Source of the DNA: a virus
Lineage: Duplodnaviria > Heunggongvirae > Uroviricota > Caudoviricetes
Strand: one strand, 5' to 3'
IMG/VR virus record: IMGVR_UViG_3300029080_000078
DNA: 15,570 nt
The notes under the pieces are model-generated. The model had not been told where the DNA came from, ran no database searches, and saw nothing but the letters and a program-made list of their open reading frames with translations. Below are positions 9,347-15,570 of the stretch, piece by piece. Both the position numbers and the translations under genes were made by a program. How positions within the stretch are numbered: position 1 is the stretch's first letter; each line of letters begins with the position of its first letter.

Positions 9347-9502
9347 TCAACTCAAGAGCCTTATTGCTGCTTCCAGAATTTCTTCTGAAGTAACATGTCG
9401 ATCCGCGGCTACATAAATGACTTTATGATCTCCGGTCAGAGATGGAAACCCTGCGGCCATTACAGTAAGGTGTGTTTTTTCGCCATTTGGATATTCACGC
9501 AT
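9347..9502 (-). CDS. ynfN: small prophage protein YnfN (51 aa as recalled; reading frame stays open to an upstream ATG at 9577, giving 76 aa)
   Basis: A 51-aa ORF from MREYPNGEK... matches the recalled annotation length; the same frame continues upstream to MKKIIVFFNSEPAVVVPAMTGVNTI. Neither start has a strong Shine-Dalgarno. Confidence 0.65.
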   Translation of the reverse strand: MREYPNGEKTHLTVMAAGFPSLTGDHKVIYVAADRHVTSEEILEAAIRLLS

Positions 9503-9620
9503 GATGGTGTTAACTCCAGTCATCGCTGGCACTACCACTGCTGGTTCAGAGTTAAAAAAAACTATGATTTTTTTCATGATGTTACCGTAGTATGTGAGTA
9601 TCCATCGAATAGATACCAAG

Positions 9621-9642
9621 CAAAAAAGCTCCCGAAGGAGCC
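9621..9642 (-). terminator. intrinsic terminator (minus strand), about 210 nt downstream of cspI
   Basis: Stem GCTCC / GGAGC with loop CGAA, followed immediately on the minus strand by UUUUUU (plus-strand A run at 9622-9627). Confidence 0.5.
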
Positions 9643-9848
9643 TTCATTTTCACTTTTTTAAATCCAACGACAGACGGCTGGCATTTAAGTATTGTGAAAT
9701 ATTATCAAATGTAATCATCATTGATTTACAAAAGATACATTTTGCCCCGAAAGGATTCATGTCAGAAACATCAAAAGATGATGTTCTATACTGGGAACCA
9801 TGACAACACGGGCATCTAAAGTGAATATGGTTTGTAATATTGTCTACC

Positions 9849-10061
9849 TCAAAGCGCCACTACATGAACAGCGGCAGGACCTTTAGGTCCGTTCTCAATA
9901 CCAAATTCAACTTCCTGATTCTCAGTTAATGTTTTGAAATCGTTGCTCTGAATTGCTGAGAAATGGACAAACACATCTTTGCTGCCATCTTTCGGCGTGA
10001 TGAAACCAAAACCTTTTTCAGGGTTAAACCATTTCACTAAACCAGTCATTTTGTTAGACAT
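9849..10061 (-). CDS. cspI: cold-shock protein, CspA family
   Basis: 70 aa, [21 protein letters not shown]... with RNP1/RNP2-like motifs (KGFGFI, VFVHF). Confidence 0.95.
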   Translation of the reverse strand: MSNKMTGLVKWFNPEKGFGFITPKDGSKDVFVHFSAIQSNDFKTLTENQEVEFGIENGPKGPAAVHVVAL

Positions 10062-10424
10062 AATTATTACCTTTTGAAGAAATTAGCCCTTGGGCAGAAT
10101 GGTCCGAAAAAAAATATCAGAGAGAAAAACCAACAAGGAAATCTCAAGAGGTACAAATAATAAAATTATAACAATGACTGCTTCAGATAAATTTGTAACA
10201 AACCAGAACACCATTAACGCATGATTAACCACCCATAGCAAGGATTACTTTTGTAAAGAAAAACACAGCAATGAAAGAATAGCTTTATTTATTAATAATA
10301 ACGTGTCATTCTGATTAAGACCTTTTATCTTACCCTTAAGATTTCAGGAATTTTGGCTCATGGAAGAGTCCTTTTTATTTAAATTTTACATTCCGCGATG
10401 TAAATGTTCCGATTTAATATTACC

Positions 10425-11448
<1,024 letters not shown>

Positions 11449-11452
<4 letters not shown>

Positions 11453-11736
11453 ATATATTTATGATGAGGACGCTCGTGCTTATTGGCAGGATTTTCAATC
11501 TTAAAGGAGTACTGATGCTGCAGATAAGACTCAACTTTTTCTGACAATTTTTCTGCTACTTCCAGGAAGACTTGCCGGACGCTCCTTCTGGCTGCTGCCT
11601 CATAAAACTCCAGCGCAGCTCCTTCAACACGGTCCATGGCGACATCCAGGTCAAAAATTTCACCGTCAAAGCGTTCTTTGTCCTGTAAGGCTACAGTTAC
11701 CGTAACTTTATTCTCAAAATTACGGACTCCTTTCAC
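11449..11736 (-). CDS. ydfR: hypothetical protein sitting between holin and endolysin (DUF1327-like as recalled)
   Basis: 95-codon ORF with an apparent GTG start; its stop overlaps the rrrQ start (ATGA), suggesting translational coupling. Start codon uncertain. Confidence 0.7.
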
Positions 11737-11764
11737 AACCAGTTCATAGTCTTGAGTCGTTGGA

Positions 11765-11980
11765 TTACTCTCCTCTCGCAGCCTTACGCCTGTCTTCTTT
11801 AATCTTGAAATAAAGATTTGTCAGATACGTCAGCAGGCCAAAAACCAGGCTACCCAGCACACCGATTGCAGCCCACTGTGACGGAGTTACTTTATCGAGT
11901 AACTGCAATGCCCAGAAACCAGCATTACCCGCCGATGTGCCATAGGCAACACCTGTTGTTAACTTATCCATTGATTTCAT
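11765..11980 (-). CDS. essQ: class II holin, phage-21 S (pinholin)-like, with dual-start motif
   Basis: 71 aa, [71 protein letters not shown]: two transmembrane segments, a Met1-Lys-Ser-Met4 dual start and a charged C-terminus; closely resembles the S21 pinholin as I recall it. Confidence 0.9.
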   Translation of the reverse strand: MKSMDKLTTGVAYGTSAGNAGFWALQLLDKVTPSQWAAIGVLGSLVFGLLTYLTNLYFKIKEDRRKAARGE

Positions 11981-12199
11981 ATCCTCACCCCGATGTACAC
12001 GGATGGTGCAATATGTTTGAAAAGATCGGAGTCTACGGGGTAGTTTTGACAGCACACGCTGTTCTCAACGGCGCTAAAGAAACATACACATTAAAAATGT
12101 GAGTAATTATTTTGAAAGAAAGTCATATATAAAATAATAATACGAGAAATGTTTTCATATTTAGTGTACTGTATACGGCCATTTATACAGGAAAAGCCT

Positions 12200-12370
12200 A
12201 TGTCAGAACGTAAAGACTCAAAATCACGCCGTAATTATCTCGTTAAATGTTCCTGCCCAAACTGCACCCAAGAGTCAGAACACAGTTTTTCAAGAGTACA
12301 AAAAGGTGCCCTTTTGATCTGCCCTCATTGCAACAAAGTATTCCAGACAAATCTTAAAGCTGTAGCCTGA
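12200..12370 (+). CDS. candidate small zinc-ribbon protein (56 aa, C-x-C-x2-C ... C-x2-C)
   Basis: ATG at 12200 with AGGA 7 nt upstream; MSERKDSKSRRNYLVKCSCPNCTQESEHSFSRVQKGALLICPHCNKVFQTNLKAVA has four or five Cys in a ribbon-like arrangement. May correspond to a small protein found in K-12 by ribosome profiling (uncertain recall). Confidence 0.5.
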   Translation: MSERKDSKSRRNYLVKCSCPNCTQESEHSFSRVQKGALLICPHCNKVFQTNLKAVA

Positions 12371-12424
12371 TTGATTTTATTAGTAACAAGTATTTTTTAT
12401 ATTTTAATAATATATTTAAAGCAG

Positions 12425-12452
12425 ATAATAAAAAACCCGCCTGAGCGGGTTT
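12425..12452 (-). terminator. intrinsic terminator (minus strand), about 280 nt downstream of cspB
   Basis: 8-bp stem aaacccgc / gcgggttt with loop ctga, followed on the minus strand by UUUUUUAUUA; nearly the same stem sequence as the hairpin at 13755-13778. Confidence 0.55.
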
Positions 12453-12733
12453 GAGATTGTGGTGCTTTTTGTGGGAGTCATCCACTTACGCACTTTGTTT
12501 TGCCATGCCAGCAGTTAGCTTCTGCTGTAAAACTATTCATGCAGCAAACCTGCACTTCACCACAATGGTTAGCATACTTTTCCTGATTAAGATTTTGCCA
12601 AATATGCTGGCCATTGTTTCATGTATTGGACCTCCTTAATTTTTATTAAAGAAATCCAATATTCACTACTCTGTCCGTATCTCTACTCAGGCATCAGCCT
12701 TCTTCGTTATCGTATACAGACGAGCGATGAATT

Positions 12734-12949
12734 TTAATCAGTAATGATGACATTTGCTGCTGCAGGACCTTTAGCACCACTCTCTATAGAGAAGGTAACC
12801 TTTTGACCTTCAAATAAGGTTCGATAATTATCATTCTGAATCGCAGAAAAATGCACAAACACATCTTTACTACCATCAACAGGAGAAATAAAGCCGAAAC
12901 CTTTATCAGCGTTAAACCATTTTACTAAACCAGTCATTTTATTTGACAT
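12734..12949 (-). CDS. cspB: cold-shock protein, CspA family
   Basis: 71 aa, [38 protein letters not shown]... Confidence 0.95.
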   Translation of the reverse strand: MSNKMTGLVKWFNADKGFGFISPVDGSKDVFVHFSAIQNDNYRTLFEGQKVTFSIESGAKGPAAANVIITD

Positions 12950-13249
12950 TCTACATTCCTTAACTTGAGCCTTTCGGCATAAATGGTTTGCATAACAGAA
13001 ACGACTTCGTACTTAATTGGAGAGACTCAAAGAAGGAATAAGTGAATAACACCTGAAATGAGAACTGCTTTAGTAAACTACTTCGTATATCGTCTGTTCT
13101 TCAAACCGACGCAATCATTAACGCATAGTTGAACATATGAAGCAATGTTTATTTTAGACATCCAGCCATCTTCAACCCCATCAAAAAACTATAGCTTTCT
13201 TCAGGAACGTGTGTATAGTGCGCCAAGTTATCAGTATTAAGGAATTTTT

Positions 13250-13462
13250 TTGTCCCGTAAAATGACAGGAATTGTCAAAACCTTTGACGGCAAAAGCGGC
13301 AAGGGTCTTATCACCCCATCCGATGGTCGTATCGATGTCCAGCTTCATGTTTCAGCGCTCAATCTCCGCGATGCAGAAGAAATTACCACCGGATTACGCG
13401 TGGAATTTTGCCGGATAAATGGTCTGCGTGGCCCTTCAGCTGCCAATGTTTACCTTTCATGA
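13250..13462 (+). CDS. cspF: CspA-family protein, divergent member
   Basis: 70 aa from a TTG start at 13250 ([13 protein letters not shown]...); AAGGAA 6 nt upstream; cold-shock-domain fold with a degenerate RNP1 motif. Confidence 0.9.
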
Positions 13463-13516
13463 GCTATATTAAAGCTTTAATTTCAGGCCCCATCGGATCA
13501 CACATGGAGAGTTTTT

Positions 13517-13606
13517 ATGAATAACCCCGTCTGTCTTGATGACTGGTTGATTGGCTTTAAAAGCTTATGCTGTACTTTGGCCGTAATAGCTCTGCTAATA
13601 ATATAA
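13517..13606 (+). CDS. candidate small ORF (29 aa, [29 protein letters not shown])
   Basis: ATG at 13517 with GGAG 7 nt upstream; hydrophobic C-terminal half; lies in the long 3' region of cspF ahead of the terminator hairpin. Could be chance. Confidence 0.2.
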
Positions 13607-13754
13607 TAAGCAGACTCATTGTGTTTAGGGACATTGTACTGGAAGAAAACATTTTAAACATCAGGCAAATAACCAAGTCACCAGCTAAATAATAAGTTAA
13701 CAGACATGAGTCCCGGGATGAGATTCAACATTACCATTGCCCCATTTAAAGCAC

Positions 13755-13790
13755 AAAACCCGCTCATCAGCGGGTTTTCTACTTTTTCTT
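13755..13790. terminator. strong hairpin, likely a bidirectional intrinsic terminator between cspF and quuQ
   Basis: Perfect 10-bp stem aaaacccgct / agcgggtttt with loop catc (13755-13778); followed on + by CUACUUUUUCUU and on - by GUGCUUUAAAU. Confidence 0.55.
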
Positions 13791-13823
13791 AACGTCGGGT
13801 ATACAAAGCCCATCGTTGAAAAA

Positions 13824-13852
13824 ATTTTATCCATATTTTTTGAAAAATGCAA
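13824..13852 (-). promoter_or_regulatory. candidate sigma-70 promoter immediately downstream of quuQ (pR'-like position)
   Basis: Minus strand: -35 TTGCAT (13852-13847), 17-bp spacer, -10 TAAAAT (13829-13824). It sits between the Q stop and the hairpin at 13755-13778, where a lambdoid late promoter and Q-utilisation site would be expected. Confidence 0.3.
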
Positions 13853-13883
13853 ACATCATGTCGCCATCTTCAGCAAAAATCAT

Positions 13884-14636
13884 TTATCTCGTCACCTTCC
13901 TCAATTGTGCTTCCGCGTATGCTTCTTCCTGCCAGCACTTTGTTACCAGTTTACCAATGACGTCCGCATACCCCTTATACCACTGATAATCGGTCAGGTC
14001 TGGTACCAGCTTCTGGACATGACGTCGTGCCAGCGTGGTCGGTAAACGACTAAACCGGTTTCCATTACAACGCCCACAAATCTTATATACCGGTACGCCA
14101 TGAAACCGGGTTCTTTTTTCATCCAGAACAATCCCTTTACCCTTACACCCTCTGCACGCTGTGCTGGCTTCGCCCTTACCATGGCAATGCTGACATAGTT
14201 CCTTCACCCATTCTTCCTTGATTACAGATTCCCCGCGTCTGTAGTGTTTCACCACTTCGCGCAATACATTATAAAATCCCGTACCTGAACAATGCTCACA
14301 GCGAGCTTTACTTGCCGCAGACCTGGAGTAATCAGCAAAGGCAAAACTCACGAGGTAAGGAATAATCTGTAACCGGATTTCTTCACTCAATTTGTTCAAT
14401 GTCGGGTTATCCAGTGCCATCGCGTAATTTAGCAGGCCTTCAATCGCAAACTGAGGGTCCTGAACACCAACTTTTGCCAGAAATAAGGCCAACCCAAGTG
14501 GTGCTTTCGACTGCACCATCCCCTGCGCTGCCATTACATCCGTAATTGTTAAACAACCGGTGCCTGTCGCTGGAGCGTCATCGCTCAATTTTGGAGATTT
14601 TGGGGAGTAATATTTTGGTAAGGCTTCAAGGTTCAT
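13884..14636 (-). CDS. quuQ: Q-family late-gene antiterminator
   Basis: 250 aa from the ATG at 14636 (GGAG 7 nt upstream); Cys/His-rich zinc-binding region (CEHCSGTG ... CQHCHGKG ... CRGCKGKG ... CGRCNG) typical of Q antiterminators; positioned upstream of the lysis genes. Confidence 0.9.
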   Translation of the reverse strand: MNLEALPKYYSPKSPKLSDDAPATGTGCLTITDVMAAQGMVQSKAPLGLALFLAKVGVQDPQFAIEGLLNYAMALDNPTLNKLSEEIRLQIIPYLVSFAFADYSRSAASKARCEHCSGTGFYNVLREVVKHYRRGESVIKEEWVKELCQHCHGKGEASTACRGCKGKGIVLDEKRTRFHGVPVYKICGRCNGNRFSRLPTTLARRHVQKLVPDLTDYQWYKGYADVIGKLVTKCWQEEAYAEAQLRKVTR

Positions 14637-15570
14637 GCTCGTTCTCCACTTACGCCAGTACGCCAATTGCCAGCGCGCGATCGATAAAACGAAATATCAG
14701 CTCCAGTTGGGAGCCATACTTCTCTTCAAATGCCACTGTAAACCCGGTATACCCCGCCCTGCCCTCGATTCCTGGGATGCTGAATATATGCAGGAAAACC
14801 GCTGGGATGAGGCGTCTGCTTCCTTTGTCCCGGTCGAGACTGAATCCGATCCGATGAACGTCACTTTTGACAACCTAGCCCCTGAAGTACAGAACGCTGT
14901 CATGGTTAAGTTCCACACATGTGAAAACATCACTGTTGATATGGTGATTAGCGCACAGGAATTGTTGCAGGAAGACATGGCAACATTCGACGGCCATATC
15001 GTTGAAGCGTTGATGAAAATGCCAGAAGTTAACGCTATGTATCCGGAGCTTAAGCTGCATGCCATCGGGTGGGTTAAGCATAAATGTAAGCCTGGTGCCA
15101 AATGGCCCGAAATTCAGGCAGAGATGCGCATCTGGAAAAAACGTCGCGAAGGTGAACGCAAGGAAGCCGGAAAATACACGTCTGTTGTTGATCTCGCCCG
15201 CGCCAGAACCAATCAACAGCACACTGAAAATTCAACAGGAAAAATCAACCCGGTCATTGCTGCCATTCATCGCGAATACAAGCAGACATGGAAAATACTG
15301 GATGACGAACTGGCCTACGCTCTCTGGCCTGGTGATGTGGATGCCGGAAACATTGACGGCAGCATCCATCGCTGGGCAAAAAATGAAGTTATCGACAACG
15401 ACCGCGAAGACTGGAAGCGTATCTCGGCATCAATGCGCAAACAGCCTGATGCCCTTCGCTACGACCGCCAGACTATTTTTGGCCTTGTCCGTGAACGTCC
15501 GATCGACATTCACAAAGACCCTGTGGCACTGAACAAATACATTACTGAATACCTGACTACAAAGGGCGTG
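14635..15570 (+). CDS. ydfU: long ORF of unknown function, divergent from quuQ, 3' end beyond the window (partial)
   Basis: Plus frame 1 is open from 14611 to the window end (at least 312 codons from the ATG at 14635, 261 from the ATG at 14788) and codon usage is E. coli-like from about 14788 onward. All three minus frames have stops here. Missing from the ORF track only because it has no in-window stop. The gene symbol is by synteny with K-12 Qin only (gene next to quuQ), not by sequence recognition. Confidence 0.6.
   Translation, partial: MLVLHLRQYANCQRAIDKTKYQLQLGAILLFKCHCKPGIPRPALDSWDAEYMQENRWDEASASFVPVETESDPMNVTFDNLAPEVQNAVMVKFHTCENITVDMVISAQELLQEDMATFDGHIVEALMKMPEVNAMYPELKLHAIGWVKHKCKPGAKWPEIQAEMRIWKKRREGERKEAGKYTSVVDLARARTNQQHTENSTGKINPVIAAIHREYKQTWKILDDELAYALWPGDVDAGNIDGSIHRWAKNEVIDNDREDWKRISASMRKQPDALRYDRQTIFGLVRERPIDIHKDPVALNKYITEYLTTKGV

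Noticed and set aside
9594-9803. 69-aa + ORF and a 14-codon ORF (MSETSKDDVLYWEP, about 9750-9794) in the cspI 3' region
   Set aside because: No convincing ribosome-binding site for the long one; the short one is too small to call without expression data. The region is better explained as the cspI 3' UTR and terminator.
12451-12639. 62-aa + ORF (TTG start) between the Zn-ribbon ORF and cspB
   Set aside because: Alternative start codon, no Shine-Dalgarno, hydrophobic low-complexity translation; overlaps the better-supported minus-strand terminator and mini-ORF.
14697-15532. Minus ORFs 14697-15101 and 14875-15222, and + ORF 15059-15532, from the ORF track
   Set aside because: All overlap the long + strand frame-1 ORF, which shows E. 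coli-like codon usage; these have Ser/Thr/Pro-rich or Cys-rich odd composition and are interpreted as antisense or alternative-frame shadows.

Overview
This window reads as the left arm of a decayed lambdoid (cryptic) prophage inserted into a host MFS-transporter gene. Gene order and protein lengths match, from memory, the Qin prophage of E. coli K-12; all family assignments are from recall of protein families, not from database searches. Order left to right: truncated ydfJ (host) | ydfK, pinQ (serine invertase), tfaQ, stfQ C-terminal fragment, prohead-protease fragment, terminase large-subunit N-terminal fragment, Nu1-like small subunit (nohQ), cos-like site, two convergent small ORFs, ydfO, gnsB, ynfN, cspI, Rz/Rz1 spanins (rzpQ with embedded rzoQ), SAR-type endolysin (rrrQ), ydfR, pinholin (essQ), a small Zn-ribbon ORF, cspB, cspF, Q antiterminator (quuQ), and a long + strand ORF that runs off the right edge. 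The supplied ORF track treats TTG/GTG as Met and omits ORFs under about 60 aa or without an in-window stop, so small and edge-truncated ORFs were read directly from the sequence. No rRNA, tRNA or CRISPR array was seen. I see no compelling evidence for a wholly new multi-gene system. The elements most worth follow-up are the divergent ORF whose start overlaps the Q start codon, several small ORFs with good ribosome-binding sites, matched terminator hairpins bracketing the cspB-cspF module, an apparently intact pinholin/SAR-endolysin/spanin cassette carrying an extra gene, and a Pin invertase with only one tail-fibre module left.
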